A DNA stretch of 62,621 nucleotides, the filler included, from Nemertoderma westbladi (lineage: Eukaryota > Animalia > Xenacoelomorpha): NCBI GenBank assembly GCA_032718475.1. It is 3 parts of 3 records of this genome, joined end to end, with 100 filler letters (N's around TTAATTAATTAA, not from the genome) between each part and the next. Parts side by side here need not be neighbours in the genome. Positions count along the whole stretch, not along the records: positions 1 to 30,320 come from JAUCBJ010005907.1; 2 more parts are not named here. One strand, written 5' to 3'. The position numbers and the translations under genes are program-made. How positions within the stretch are numbered: the first letter of the stretch is position 1; every line of letters starts with the position of its first letter. The notes below the pieces were generated by a model. That model worked only from the letters and a program-made list of their open reading frames with translations. It was not told the origin of the DNA and searched no databases. Shown here in pieces: positions 1 to 14,410 of the stretch.

Positions 1-3000
1 CGATAGCGGGATAAGCGGGTGAGGTGGTGGGAGAAATTTTTAAACCTTTTTTAGTTGTTGCGTCATATCCCTGTTGAAAATTCATAGTACATTTCCTAAG
101 ATTTGCAAGTTCCTTGCTATCAGTTTATTACACTTGTCAAAATATGTTTAGTAACAAAAATTTGGTAAACTTAATAGAGCATGTAAGTTATTTCTTTAGT
201 TTTAATAAATATAGCAAGTGTTACTTTGCTCTCTTATATTTTGCAGGTACTTGCCATGTTCCTGCAAAGTATTGCATATACGCAGATATAGGCTTACTGC
301 AGTAGTGTTAGTTGTTGGGCAAGCTTGTACTTGCCTGACTCTAGGCATAACAATGTCACTGTATTACATACAACAGTTCAGTAGTTTCAGTGGGGCCTGC
401 CAGTTGTCAGGTCTGAATGCAGCTATCCCAGGTAGCACATGACGTCCACGAAAGAAATCAAACGTTCATATTTGGTACTTTTTTCCTGCGAATCTGAACA
501 TCTATGAAATATTGTTTAATATACAGTAGGTAAAAAATTCTGACGTTGTTAGTAATATATTAAATTGGGACATTGACATTAGGTTATTTAACGTCCTAAC
601 TGGATCGAAATTGAATATGAACCAAAACAAACGAATATTTAGCATTCCTATTACATTATTCAGTTTTGCGTTCATTTTTGGTGATTTAATGAGTGATTCC
701 TCTGATTACCAAAGCTGCTATGTTAGAAAGAAATAAGAAAAGAAAATAATGTAGAAAGAAAGCCGACGCGCGTGGGGTGAAGATTGGGAGTTGGAGATGG
801 AGGCTGAGGGGGTTAGGAGAGCGAGGGAAGCTGAGAGGTGTGCGCAGGAGAAGGAGATGAAAGAAAGGATTGAGATGTTAGAAGGAATGATGGAGGTGTT
901 GGGTGATGGTGGTGGTGGTGGTGATGGTAATAATGCGGTGGATGTAGATAGTGGGGATAGTGGGATAAATGGGTGAGGTGGTGGGAGAAATTTTAAAATA
1001 GTAATGGTGATGGATTTAAGTATAATAATCAAATTTGTTGGTATAATGATAATATTATAAATACAATAACCTTACTTCGCCGTAGCTCGCCCCACAACTC
1101 ATTAATGGTGCCCATATGCTAAGGCTTCACTCGCTTCATGGCTCGCCCCATTTTTTCAATGTTGGAAAGGAATGAAGGGGACGTCGGGTGATGGTGGTAG
1201 TGGTAATGATGTTGTGGATGAGGAAGAACTCACTTCACGGCTCGCCCCCATAAGTCTGTGTTTATTTACCTTTTTTAGTTGTTGCGTCATAACCTTACTT
1301 CGACGCTATCACTCACACTTCGACGCTATCACTCACTTCATGGCTCGCCCCATAGGTAGAATAATCAAATCATGTTAAAGACTTTTATAACAAACGTCTG
1401 CAACCCACTTACTATATTGGGTTTTACCTATTGCGGTTCAAGGTCAAACGCCGACCGGTAGACATGAATTAATTAAATTACTTCCGCCTGCAAACTGGTC
1501 TTATACCGCGTATGTCACATATATACACAGCGGTGACATATGTTACATATGCACAATGGTAACCATGGTAACCATAGTAAGTGGGTGGGGCAACAATAGT
1601 AATCATAGTAAGTAGGCGGGGCAAGAGCCGTTCGGCAAATTCTTTAACATGGTAGACTATGGCAGACGCTGTCTCAATCCCGTTGTTTAGCATACTACTC
1701 CCAATCTTCACCCATGTGCAACCTTCGTCTGATTGCGGGAAAGGAGCAGGTTACAGAAATGGCAGGATACAGAGATGACTTTTTCTAACCAAAACAATAA
1801 ACGATGTTGTTAACTCATTTTGAGGGTGAAGAATGCTCTGGGCGAAGATTGGGAACAGGCAAAGCTTTCTCGCGGGTTGCAACTACTGAGTTGGTGTCAT
1901 CTCTGCATATATTGGTGCAGCCAATATTATATATATAAGCTGGCAAGCAATTACCGAGCATTCGTAACGAATAACATTAATCAACATGTTAATGATATCT
2001 ACCCCAGCAATAGTCTGCGAAGGAAGGAAGGGTGGTGGGTTGGGGTTAGGAGACAGGAGGCTTAGGAGCGCCTGGAGGGGAAAGGTGCTTTTCTACAAGG
2101 AATATGAACAGAAAACAGGCCACACACTGGATATATACACTACAAAATGGTCGCTGGTCAGGTCCTAAGAGTCATTAGGTCAGTGCCAAGGAACCTTTAT
2201 ATATTGATAGTCCTTTAGAGGAAGTTCTACACTTGTTAAGTATAGTTCTTAGTGATAGTGGCAAGTTGTAACGGAAAACCTTACAGGTTAAGTTTTCACA
2301 CATATTTCACCTATAGAGGATACCCATATGTCTGATCTCCATTTACATTGCCAATTGAGTATCTTTTTCTCCAATAATTATCGAAATATATAATTATTAA
2401 TTAATATTGATGTCCAATAATCTAGGCAGTTCCCTAACATCTGCAAAATGGAGATCAGCAAATACCTCTTAAGGAAAATACAATTTTGCAAAATTAAATA
2501 ATGTTTCTATCCATCGACATTCTAATAATTTTACTGAAAAACCAACTAATAAAATATATAATATTTATATAAAATATATAATATTTATATAAAATAATAT
2601 ATAAAATATATATATAATAAATGGCTTCCCAAAGAAACACCAACACAATCAATTATTGTGTAAATGTAAGAATAAGGAAAACGGACGGGTAACAAACAAC
2701 AAGTCATGGAAATAACCAAATATAAACAAGTGCAATTTACCCGGTTTGGGGTGTATATAATTATATAACTAAGTGTAATTAGCAAGTAATAATACATAAA
2801 AAACTATTGCTATTTAATTTCAATGAGAGGAATCATTGTGAGAACAATATCAAACTTGTAATGTTATTTATATTAGTAACCGTGAACAACATCAAACTTG
2901 TAATGTTATTTATATTAGTAACCGTAAAATAACCATTACAAAATACTAAAATTAGCCAGTGTAAGAACCTTGAACCTGTATTTTGCAATATAATTTTGAT

Positions 3001-3943
3001 ATTTGTATTCAATGTGTGATACATTTATTCTGTAATTTTATGCCTTTATTGCCAAAATAGCTGTATTTTTCTGGGCACTTTATTAATGAATACCACACCC
3101 ATGAATGTTATCATTAACTTATAATGTTATCAGATATGTAATCTTGTTAGACAAACAGAAATGTACAAAGGGGCACACGCCACCATACCGTATGTAAGAA
3201 ATACATTGCACCAATCCTTACCTATTCACCATTAGTAAGCCTGAATCCCATTATAATCTTTTGACATAAAATTAGTATCCCTTACATTTAGAACAAAACC
3301 CACAGCTAACTAGAGCCAAATAGGATTGCGAATAATGGCATATACATAGATAAATAGAATGGTGTTGTATTTATCGAACCCAATATATCCATTGTGATAT
3401 ATAATTTATTTCTACTGTTATACAATTTGAGGATGGCGATCCATTATAGTTGTAAATGTATATATATTTTTATTCATGAGTAAAGAAAGGCAATAGTATT
3501 TTCTTAGGCTTCAATAAAACTGATAAAATGAAATTTATAAAATAAATCTAAAAGATGTAATATATCATACCCTATCTGTGAGCAATGAGGGTAGCCGTAG
3601 ATGAATAACTAGAGAAGTTTCTTATAAAAGCTCACATACTACGAGTAATAGGGATAGGTTTGAATTGTGGTGGGATAATTCCATATCGATACATACAGTT
3701 TCTAATCTATTCTTGATTGACCTCCAGAGAGATGTGAATTCAAGGTAACAGAAAAACTCATACTACTAACTGATTTAACGGCTACACCAAGAGGGGACGG
3801 GACGACTTCCATCCGATATTCAAATTCTCAAAACTATTTGTGATTTTACTTTTATAATAGTATAACCGGCATAATCGTATAAATGTTACAATTTTATCAA
3901 TAAATGCCAGCTCGCCTGGTTTGGGCTTATGTGTGCAAGTTTT

Positions 3944-4045
3944 CAAGGTCCTATGGTTTGGAAAGAACTACCCCTGGAAATTAAAAAATGCAAATCAAAA
4001 GGTTTATTTACTAAAAAACTAAAAAAACAACTCTTAGCTCTATAA
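3944..4045 (+). mobile_element. Old CR1/L2-type LINE ORF2 C-terminal fragment
   Basis: Translates as QGPMVWKELPLEIKKCKSKGLFTKKLKKQLLAL*, matching the G..W..LP..IK...S...F...LK..L ending typical of CR1/L2-group ORF2. Nothing else of the element is recognisable. Confidence 0.55.
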
Positions 4046-4420
4046 TAAAATTAAACAAATCCTGTTAATATAAATTACTAAATCAAACACAGTATCTCCC
4101 AAAATGTTTGTGCCCAGCAGCGTATTGTATCGTAGTGGACTGGAATAGAACTGCTAATGAACTAACAAATCAAATTAATTAGTTTAAAATTAAGTTAACA
4201 TTTAAATTAAATCGAATCCCGAGTAACCCCCACACCCCCCTCCCCACCTCCATCTTCCACCCCATCACCATCCCCCCTCCCATAATACTTCTAGCAGCAA
4301 AGCCGTCGAGCTACACTAGCTATGCTATTGCTCAGCTGCAGTTGCAATATTATTAATATAAATACTAATTAAGTAAAATTGTAATTGATCCCCAATTGAC
4401 ATTCCCGATGCAGCGTGCAC

Positions 4421-4575
4421 TAAGAATGCTATGTCGGTTTATCAACAAAATTGCACAGCCACAACTCCCTATCGCCCATGACTTTCGCGAGATTATCCCC
4501 GCATCTTCAAGGCCAGTGTCCTTTAAGATGCGTCTCAAGAAAGTCATGGGCTGTCCACCATGCTTATTTTCTCTT
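4421..4575 (-). mobile_element. RTE/RTE-X-like LINE 3' fragment, copy 1 of 4
   Basis: Aligns with 8590-8770, 13440-13610 and 33545-33660. The family translates as TFLRRLLKDTGLEDAANLAKVMGDRELWR, the DTGL...M.DR..WR ending characteristic of RTE-type ORF2. Confidence 0.6.
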
Positions 4576-5141
4576 CAGGATTTTATCTCTGGAATTGTTT
4601 GTTTTCGGCTGGAACCCAGCTCAAGAAGCAAACTGGAATGCTATGGACTCATATTGGGCCAAGTCGTCGCAAGATCTAACTAGACCACAAGGTCCAGATA
4701 GACCATATTCGATTTCTTAAGAAATACAGGGGCTCTGTACATGACTGTAAAGGATTTACTCTTCGCATCTTCACCAGTGATCATTATCTTATTGTGGCTA
4801 AGGAAAAACTTAGTCTTCGCGCTAGCAGAACTAAGAACTTGCCACCATGGAATGATTAGTCCACTATGCTGCAACAGCCAAGCGATCCAGCTTCACACTA
4901 GACCTGAGCAAGAAGTATGAGGCCCATGCAATTGAGGCAACACATCTCGGTGAGGGCTATACTGCCTTCACATATAGGCAGTTAGGTTAGCAGCTGCAGA
5001 AAGAGTACGGGTACAACCTCGTAACTGGAAAAATTTCCCAAGGGCATGCAGAATTTGGATGTGCCGAAACTACCTCACTAAAGCACAGAATGATTCCTGC
5101 CGGCTTGGGCACACTAGACATGGTTACATAGAAACTGCTAA

Positions 5142-5324
5142 AGATCAGTTTACATGTAGCAACTTTTTGAACTCAGGTTGCTGATCAAGTTGATCCGTGT
5201 AAACACGAAGTTTTCTGTAAAATAAAGTTGACACATTTATACTGCGAACGAGCTAATCTGTTCAAAATAAAGTTGCTAGTTGCTGAACAAGTTGCCCAAA
5301 AAGTTGCCACGTGTAAACCGGCCT
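5142..5324. mobile_element. PIF/Harbinger-like MITE
   Basis: Imperfect TIRs (AGATCAGTTTACATGTAGCAACTTTTT on the left; reverse complement of the right end reads AGGCCGGTTTACACGTGGCAACTTTTT). TAA on both sides (5139-5141, 5325-5327). Confidence 0.55.
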
Positions 5325-8300
5325 TAATAATATACAGAGTACCGGTACTCTTTACATTAGCAATACCTAGCCTACAGCAATTAATACACAATACTGGAGT
5401 AGAAGAGGCAGTTTTCATTCAAACTCAACTCTATGCGACGAACTTTGTAATATTTTTTTAGAGAATATTCTTTACAAATCTTAATTAGATTTGAAATTGA
5501 TGAAATTTGATATAGAGATAATTTCACATCCCTCCTACTCCGTGAATAAGCTCATAATATGAACTATTATATTTATTTCCAGCAATGTTTATCAATATGA
5601 ATATTCAAACTGTATGTATATCTTATCATATGTAACGTTACAGTAATATAAGTCAACATTTATATTTTTTGTGCTTCTATTATACATTATAACACTGAGA
5701 TGAACGTAACAAACAAAGATCGGATTAGCGGGTAGCTCATATTGCAAACTTCTGGCGTTTTTTGCAAACATCGAAGGATCAGGATTTTTATTTTCGGTTT
5801 CAATCTTTAGATATTTTCAACTCAGTTGAAATTTCAACTTCTCACTGACTGACCGGTGGTAGCTTGTTATAGCAGTATAGGTCGGTATACATTTTAGTAA
5901 TTTTAATAATCTCATCCTCATCTAAGAAGCATTTGATAATGTGACTCGCTCGATAATGCAACAGGCGTAATACAGTTATTCCTTAACGCTAAGGAACTAC
6001 GTTTGTACCTATGGAAAGCTGGCCGTACAAGGATTCCAAATGTGTCAAAACATTTTAATTTTATTGGGAAATAGCTGAGACATGATCATTTTGGCTTTGT
6101 TGAAGACAAACTTGTTACAGAGCAGAGCTAAGAATAAGTTGTCTGCAATGTGCGGTGGTCATGGATATTGAGTTCAACAGAAGACCCTTGTCTGCCAAAA
6201 TGAAAAGCATTGTCTGCAACAACTAGTCTAATATTTTAACACCAGCACAGTATCCCTATAAAGATTTAGCAATGCACACTGTGCTCTGAGTACAGTACAG
6301 TACAGGCTAGGCTTGTCTTCTTACTGCTAATACTAATATGTCCCAGGGTGGTACATATCAGAATGTAAAACGCTTTACATTTCATTTCACATATTTCATC
6401 ACAGCTCTACCCTGCACGCCGACCTCCTAACAATAATTGCTACAGCCTGTTTGCGACCTTTTATTATTTAAACACCCTTGATTGAGGGGACGTGGTTTCT
6501 CGTCATTAACTTTACCTCGCTGGCAGCCCAAAGTCAAAGGACTTACATCAGAACGAGGAAATTGAATGGCTGAAGTGACTGAGTGGTTTAGAGTATGACA
6601 TTGTTTCTGGATGTGATTGATTATATTGCACCATAGTGCTGGCTTACCATGTACAATGTACATACATAATATGTTTGGAATTTGTTATAAATATGCCCAA
6701 AGTAGTGAGGAAAACATTGTAATTGAATCACTTTGCTACCTTACTTACTTCTCAGCATTATTAACACTAATCCTTGTCGGGGGTTGAACCCTTCCTTCTT
6801 TACTCATTGCACGAATATCACCACCCTGCGTTTTCTTGGTACTTGGACGTGAATTGGTCCCTCCATCACTGTCATTAGAAACCATCATTCATATCAAATA
6901 TTCTATTTTCTAATTATAAGATTTAAAAAATCTACTACAGTACTGTAATTATAAAATTAGTAAACCATCTCACTTAAAAATTACAAATAAAATGAGTCAT
7001 ATTCTCTGATTCTTGAAAATTAATATTATATCTCAGCTCGAGTGACTAAAAATTAGAAAAGGATAAAAAGTTTTGAAAAAAGTTCGAACTACACCAAAAA
7101 CTACGGCTTATCATGACTGGTCAGAAATTTGTAGGCCTACCCCATGCTACTGTACTCATTTATGTAATGTTTAAGTTTATTAATAATCACATTAATATAA
7201 TTTAAGAAATAGAATTTTATAATTAGTTTATTAATAATCACATTAATATAATTTAAGAAATAGAATGTATTATAAATACTAAAATTATATATACTAAATA
7301 ATTTATAGTGTCTTGATTGATTTATATTACTTTGTGTATCTTTAGTTACAATATAATCATTAAATGGTTGCAAAGGGCCACCATTGTTTAAAGCCAATAT
7401 TATTTTGGCAGGTGAGTGGTCCAATTACACTACCTGAATGAAGTTTAATATATTGGCGCTAAATAGACGGTGATGCTCAATCATGTATATTCTATTTGTA
7501 ATTAACTAATTAATCAATTAATTTGGCACAGTTTACAGTATAATTTCTTGACAATCAGTTAATTCTATATGAATATAAATACAATTTATCATCTTATAAA
7601 TTTTTTTAATAATACTGAATACAAAATAAAGACTAGCATTGTGTGATAACTGAACGCTGCAGGGAATCCTTCCTGACAATTTTCAGTGTGTGTGTAACTT
7701 ACGTCACGAACGAAACGACGGTATAACCGAAAACGTGGCCACTCACGCTGTCCGGGTCCGCGTGTCCGGGCATCGAACACCATTATTCTGTTCCGAAAGT
7801 GCCTTCTGTGTCGGCAGTCTGTTAACGTTCTATTTCAGTGATTTAGTCGCCCGTTGTAGTCGCCGATGTACACCGATCAGTCTTTCCTAAGATCTGGAAT
7901 ACAACCGGAGGTACTCGAGCCAACTCCATAAATCGAACACATCCGCGATTTACCGATACCGATTCTGTTTACCGTTTAGGGTTGCTGACAATGTATCGTC
8001 TGCGAATTGTAATTTGCCTCCTTGCCGCGGTTCTGTACTTACTGTCCCCGATAGATATAATTCCAGAGGCTATTTTTGGTATATTTGGTTTAATTGACGA
8101 TTTGGTTATTATTGTGTGCGCCTTGATATACACTAGATTATGTACTGACGACAAGTGATAGTGATACTTTTATATTAATTCGTTTATTTGTTAAGCATTC
8201 ATTATATTATCCTCTATTGGCCCTCTATTATTTTTTATTGATGTTTTCTTCATATTAATCCATGAAAACAATTCAATAGCTTGAATAAAAGCCATTATTT

Positions 8301-8589
8301 TATACTTCAATATGGACTACTTTACAGGCAGCGGTCTTTATCCTCAAAAGCGTACGGGAACTACAGTATCTCCTCTGGAGGGGGTGGGGTGCAAAGGCCT
8401 AATTTTCGCCCCTTTTGACAACCCCCCCCCCCCCCCCCCCCAACACAAATAATATTATGAACAATTAATATTAACAAAATTATATTTAAAAAATTGTACT
8501 ATTGGCAGACAGTGCCGTTATTGTTAGTTAGGCCTACTGTTATTCGTGATTTTTTCTCAGTGGCGTATTTACTACTAGGATCGGCATGC

Positions 8590-8770
8590 TGCATTGCAGC
8601 TGCATTTTTAAGAATGCTGTGCCGTCTTGTTGACAAAATTGCGCCGCCACAACTTCCAATCACCCATGACACTTGCTAGATCATCAGCATCTTCAAAGCC
8701 AGTGTCCTTTAAGGTGCGTCTCAAGAAAGTCATGGGCTGTCCAGATCCACCATGTTTGTTTATTCACTCC
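8590..8770 (-). mobile_element. RTE/RTE-X-like LINE 3' fragment, copy 2
   Basis: Clear similarity to 4421-4575 (e.g. CCAGTGTCCTTTAAGrTGCGTCTCAAGAAAGTCATGGGCTGTCCA). Confidence 0.6.
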
Positions 8771-9122
8771 ATGAATGAGGCCGCCAAAGCACAAAATTAT
8801 GATACATGCTACACCTCTGCAGTATTATTTCGCCCCTTTTTATGTTTGTAATTTGCCCCCTATAAATTTGCTGGAGCCCCCCCACCCCCCACCATTTGTA
8901 TCCTTTTGCTCGATGGCCTACAAACAACCTTATATTGTATACCTAACCCAAACACTTCGATGCAATAAATTCAGCCAGCACTTTATTTTTTGCACTACAA
9001 AATTCAATGAAACCCAAGTTTCCGAAACCAGTGCATGCGCGAGGCGCGAAATGGAAAAAATCATTCAGAAAAAATAATCATACACATATTGTATTTTATT
9101 ATAGGGAAAGGTAACCTAAAAT

Positions 9123-9676
9123 CAGGCCTGTAGCCAGGATTTTTTAGTTGGGTAGGCGAGGGAATATCAAGGTAGGCAGGCGTAAATGTTAATTTGGATA
9201 AATTTTATAATAGATTTAATTGTATCAAGTAGGTAGAAAGCAAAACTACAGTAGGGTCTACAGGTCTACATGGAGTCCGTCATATCAGTTCATCATTCAT
9301 TTGTATACAAAGCACAACCAGACAACATAAACAAGCGCGAAATCGCGCAGGTCCGCCTCTACCAGTCTGCTAACGCATTAACCTTTAACGCATTAATCTC
9401 CTTGAATGCCCTACTACCAATCTTATCATTTTGAGGGCGAAGATTGCCCGGGGCGAAGATTGGACGCTTGCTTTTGATTGCTTTTACTACAAGGCTAATG
9501 TTTAAAGAAGACGCATGTAACCAGAAAATGGTTGGGTAAAAATGTTATTGTGTATGTGTGTAAAAATTGTAAAAATTATTACTAATGAAGTAAAATTTCT
9601 TCCAAAAAATTGGGTAGGCGAGACCCACGTTTGGGTAGGCGGCGCCTACCTTCGCCTTATACTGGCTACAGGCCTG
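9123..9676. mobile_element. hAT-like MITE
   Basis: Perfect 15-bp TIR CAGGCCTGTAGCCAG...CTGGCTACAGGCCTG, repeated GGGTAGGCG subterminal motifs, and a degenerate flank duplication (CCTAAAAT / CGCTAAAAT). Confidence 0.75.
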
Positions 9677-9822
9677 CGCTAAAATGTTAAAATTAAATAC
9701 CGGTAACATATACAGTAGTAGGTTTACATTACACGTAGATTGCGGTAAAAATTTTACATATTAACTAACGCCAACAGTAACACCGGTACCGATTTCCCAA
9801 CTTACTGTAGACCTATGTAATA

Positions 9823-10090
9823 TTACTCTTAAATTGTTAGCGTACTCTTTCGATCGAATATACCCAAACTCGGGAAAAAGAAGTACTTTTTCCATAGGAA
9901 AATAGTAGGTCCTAACCCATACGATTTCATTAATTTTACTTTTTTCCCGGCGTAAAAAGGAAAATAAAATATTTTTGGTCTCATTTTTTAAATTTTATTA
10001 ATTGTGTTGCAAGAGCATCAACGTAGAAAAGGTTTGCAAGTAATTTGTGCTAAATCTATGCACACACTCAAAAGTTATTGTAACTTTAGG
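9823..10090. repeat. Dispersed repeat, inverted relative of 58993-59255
   Basis: Shared blocks such as GAGCATCAACGTAGAAAAGGTTTGCAAGTAATTTG and ACTCAAAAGTTATTGTAACTTTAG match the reverse complement of the ~59 kb copy. Confidence 0.7.
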
Positions 10091-10305
10091 AATTACAAGG
10101 CGTACTCCAAAATGGAACCCAATATTGGTTTTTGTGGCTCTCTAGTTACGTAATAAATATTCGAGAACATTGAATTATTTAACGTTGAGTAATCAGAATC
10201 AGGAGTTAAATAGTAAGATAATTTGAATCGCAGTAACTATGGAAGCAATATAGTAAAATACTGCAGCTTAATTTATTTTGTAACTCTATATCGCTGTACG
10301 TTATA

Positions 10306-11222
10306 CACCATGACCCGTAATATAGTGTAATTTTCTGATGACACGGACACCCCCCCAAATTTTTCTACACATCTTTATCACATTGCTTAAAATTTGAAAC
10401 ACAACTAGTTCAACTCACCGTGGTTGTTACCATGAAGGCGAAATTTTAGATTTCGCCTTTAAATTTATTTTATAAGCGTTTTAAAAAAGTGTCTTTTGCC
10501 AAATTGCACATCTCCTATCATCGCCATTCTTCACATTAACCTCGCTTTATAGATATTATAAAAAAGCTTGTGTTCCAAGTATTCCAAATACAGTATGTAA
10601 CAATATCTGAATTTCGTTGTGAAACAGCTGAGAAATAGGCGTTCAAAGATTGCAAGAATTATTGTTCGCTGCAGGCCATTTATTCTATTTAATAAATACA
10701 CAAAATTCTAGAACGTGTTATTTATTTTTTGAGTTGGTAGGCAACAGCGGAATGCCTATACAATATCTATATTGCGTAGCTAATCATACACAAACAAATT
10801 GTTCCAGAATATTGTGTATTTATTAAATAGAATAAATGGCCTGCAGCGAACGATAATTCTTGCAATCTTTGAACGCCTATTTCTCAGCTGTTTCTCAACG
10901 AAATTCAGATATTGTTACATACTGTATTTGGAATCCTTGCAACAACGCAAGCTTTCTATTGATGTGAAAAAAATACGACTAAAGTGAAGAATGGCAATGA
11001 TATGGCAATGAGTGCGATTTCGCAAAAGCCACTTTTTTAAAACGCTTATAAATAAAATTTAAAGGCGAAATCGAAAATTCCGGCTTCATGGTAACAACTA
11101 CGGTGAGTTGAACTAGTTGTGTTTCAAATTTCAAGCAATATGATAAAGATGTGTAGAAAAATTGGGGGGGGGGGGGGGGGTCCGTGTCATCAGAAAATGA
11201 CACTATATTACGGGTCATGGTG
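10306..11222. mobile_element. Foldback-like Tc1/mariner-type non-autonomous element
   Basis: Inverted arms of ~410 bp (10306-10714 and 10801-11222) begin CACCATGACCCGTAATATAGTG and enclose an ~86-bp spacer. TA on both sides. Confidence 0.85.
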
Positions 11223-11756
11223 TATTAAAGAATTAAGCATCAATAAAGTACCAATTTAAAATTAAAATTACGATTACATGAGAAAAAAGTAGAACATTTT
11301 TTTTCTCAATATTATCTCGACCTTATATTAACCTCGATGACGCTCGGTAAATTAAATGCCTCGAGAATAATGAAAAAAAAGTTCGACTTTTTTTCGTAGA
11401 ATCGTAGAAACAACTGTTGAGAATGGCATTCCTGCATTCATGATCAGGATGCTGCTGCCCATAATTTTCAAATACTGAAAGTAAAAGATATCTGAGTAGG
11501 CTGAGTTGAGTGTGCAATCTGAACTGGGTGTTTGAAAATCACGGGCGATTTGCGTCACACAGCATGTCCACCTTTTTTAGCTTTGTTGTCCACCTTTTTC
11601 AAATTTGAATAAGGTGGACTGGGTTGAGAAAGACAGGCAATGAATTGACCAATCAGATTGATTTGCACATTATTATTATCCCATACTTATAGTCCATGGG
11701 CCAGCCAGCATAGGGGATACTTTTTGGTAACCACCCGGAACTTATATTTTTGGGAA

Positions 11757-12467
11757 GGATAGTTCTTTTTACAGAACACAGCAGAACACAGTAGAACACA
11801 GCAGAACACAATAGAATACAGGCGGAACATAGGCGAACACAGCTGTAATTAAAATCTACACCAAAAAATAACACACTTGGGAAAGTACCGGACTTAATCA
11901 TACAACTGTAAGATGTCAATTACATATTTAAATTAAATGGCGGTTTTCCATATCCTCCAAAATAAATTACCTGATCAGAGTTGCCCGATCAGCTGTTCGG
12001 TTAGGCCTGTACCTGTTACTAGTCCAGTAGTCTGCCTGTCAGCCTGTTCCAGTACTGCAGTAGGCCTAGTGCTGTAGAGACATGTACAGACTGACAGACT
12101 GTACATTGTACAGACAGACAGATGTAGGTATTTACCGGCAATTACCGGGCACAGTGTAGAGTATATTACCAATGTACTGATGTAGGCCTACTCAGCTACC
12201 GGTACTGTACTGCTGTAGAACTAACTAACTCTCCATGCAGCCATGGTTACAGGATAATTTATTTTGGAGGATATGGAAAACCGCCATTTAATTTAAATAT
12301 ATAATTGACATCTTACAGTTGTATGATTAAATCCGGTACTTTCCCAAGTGTGTTATTTTTTGGTGTAGATTTTAATTACAGCTGTGTTCGCCTATGTTCC
12401 GCCTGTATTCTATTGTGTTCTGCTGTGTTCTACTGTGTTCTTCTGTGTTCTGTAAAAAGATATATCC
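11757..12467. mobile_element. MULE/Mutator-like MITE nested in the left Academ-like TIR
   Basis: ~215-bp TIRs (GGATA...TATCC) and a perfect 9-bp TSD TTTTGGGAA (11748-11756, 12468-12476). The empty site is visible in the opposite TIR near 18915-18930. Confidence 0.9.
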
Positions 12468-13439
12468 TTTTGGGAAGACCTAGCTTCTGGCCATTCATTT
12501 TGATATGATAACAAATCTGAATCGGTAGCTGACTTAGTGTTATCACCGGTTGTCATGGAAATGGTAAAACAACAAACATGCTGTAGTATTCTAATAACTC
12601 AATATAAATTCACCGTATCTTTTGAAAAAGATAGCTACTGGTCTAACAATTCTAAATGTGACATAAAATTCTGGAATTTAATTATTGTTACCATGGGAAC
12701 GCTGATAAATGAAAACTGACATGTTTTAGAAAAATAGCTACCATTCTAGAACAATACCATTATTTTAATTGACAAATTGCCACATTTTATTGAATATTAG
12801 TTTTGGAAAATTTTGGTATACTGAGAGCTAATCCTGTTTTGTTATAACGGTGATATATGGTTCCCAAGATATACCCATGTATGAAATATTTTTATTTTTC
12901 ATCATTTTAATCTCATTCCACTCTGTTTCAAAATAATGACTTTCAAATATTTATGTCAATAAAAAACAATCAAGATGTGACTACAAATCACTTTAAAATG
13001 ACACGTGACATCTAAATGGCATTTCAGACAACACTCCTTCACAGGTTACTATGACTACCACTACAGATGCAATTGAAGATGACACAAACAAATGACTTGA
13101 CACCTACCACAAATGAGAGGTTAGTTCTTTTAGTATATTCACTTCAATTTATATATTATCATAATTGTTCCTAGATGATTTCTAGTGTAAGACTAGTGTA
13201 ACTAGTGTAAGAGTTTTATACTCAGTTTGCAGGTACAGTAGAAAGTGTTCCAAACGCTGTAAGGAATGGAGAAATTGGGTGAAATCATTTAAGGGTTATT
13301 ACACCAACAGTATGAGTAGACTTAACATTTGATATTATTCTAGGCAGTAGAGCATTGGATTATGGTTTATACAGGGATGCATGAGTTGCCCCCACACATA
13401 AGGACCACACTGCGCACAATATTGTGCTTTGTCAGCCCC

Positions 13440-13610
13440 ATAGAGAAAATAAATAAGCATGATGGACAGCTCATGACTTTCTTAAGACGCCTCCTAAAGG
13501 ACACTGGCCTTGAAGATGCAGCTAATCTCGCGAAAGTTATGGGGGATAGGGAATTGTGGCGGTGCAACTTTGTTGATAAGCCGGCATATAATTCTTAATG
13601 TACGCGGCAT
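13440..13610 (+). mobile_element. RTE/RTE-X-like LINE 3' fragment, copy 3
   Basis: ORF track 13362..13598 ends ...GQLMTFLRRLLKDTGLEDAANLAKVMGDRELWRCNFVDKPAYNS. Confidence 0.65.
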
Positions 13611-13849
13611 TTGGCTTGCCAATTGTGGATTGTATGGTTGTGGCAAATACTTTTGCCAAACTGGCATAGCATCTCAATGTGCAGTTTCAATGCAGCAGGC
13701 CGATTATAGTACTTTACAAATTTATTAATTTATTCATTCATTGTATAAATATCTATTTGTGACTTCTAATAATAGCGCATTAATAATTAAACCAGTTAAA
13801 TTTATAGTTAGTGTTTCAACCGGAAGTGTCATCTGATTGTCATCCGTAG

Positions 13850-14410
13850 TCACGCATCCCTGCAGTAAACTTCGTCGTTCATAGTTACGGCGCAATCAAC
13901 TACGTCATCGCATGGGAAACAGCACTGGTGTCTCTCGGTAACTCCAGGACATTGGTAGACACCGGTAGCGCCCCTAGCACTGCACGGCTGCAGATTACCA
14001 TAGAATACCTTCTGCTGAATCACGTTTTTAGCGGTGTTGGTTGAATGTTGATGCATATTGTAACCGGTTTGTGGCTGCGGATACGGCAGGGCAGGTGATG
14101 GTGATTAGGTTCCGGTTGGTACTCATTGGGGTTGTAGTACGCGGATTGGTACTGGGTGTTTGACGATGGGGGGGCTGGTTGTGGTTCAGGGTATTCAGCC
14201 GGCTGGGGTTGGTACTGAGCTTGGGGTTGGTACTGAGCTTGGGGTTGGGGTTGGTACTGAGCTTGGGGTTGGGACTGCTGGTTGTTAGGGGCTGCTTCGG
14301 GGGTGTACTGTTCTTCGTTAGGGCATTCTAGACGGCCCAATGGGGACTCGCCTTGGTTGTAGGCGGTTTGTTCGTAGTAGGGTTGGTTGTTGTATGGTTG
14401 GGCTTCCCGT
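13850..14410 (-). pseudogene. Frameshifted gene fragment: Q/P/Y-rich repeat followed by an LDL-receptor class A-like Cys module
   Basis: The QPQAQY-repeat frame continues, after one frameshift near 14105, as SPSPALPYPQPQTGYN... It ends CSARGATGVYQCPGVTERHQCCFPCDDVVDCAVTMNDEVYC, with LDLa-like C-D-x-x-x-D-C...D-E-x-x-C spacing. Confidence 0.5.

Noticed and set aside
718-1378. Short Glu/Gly-rich ORFs with local duplications
   Set aside because: Low-complexity purine-rich DNA duplicated locally (1-70, 900-1000, 1185-1290); no recognisable product or supported splice structure.
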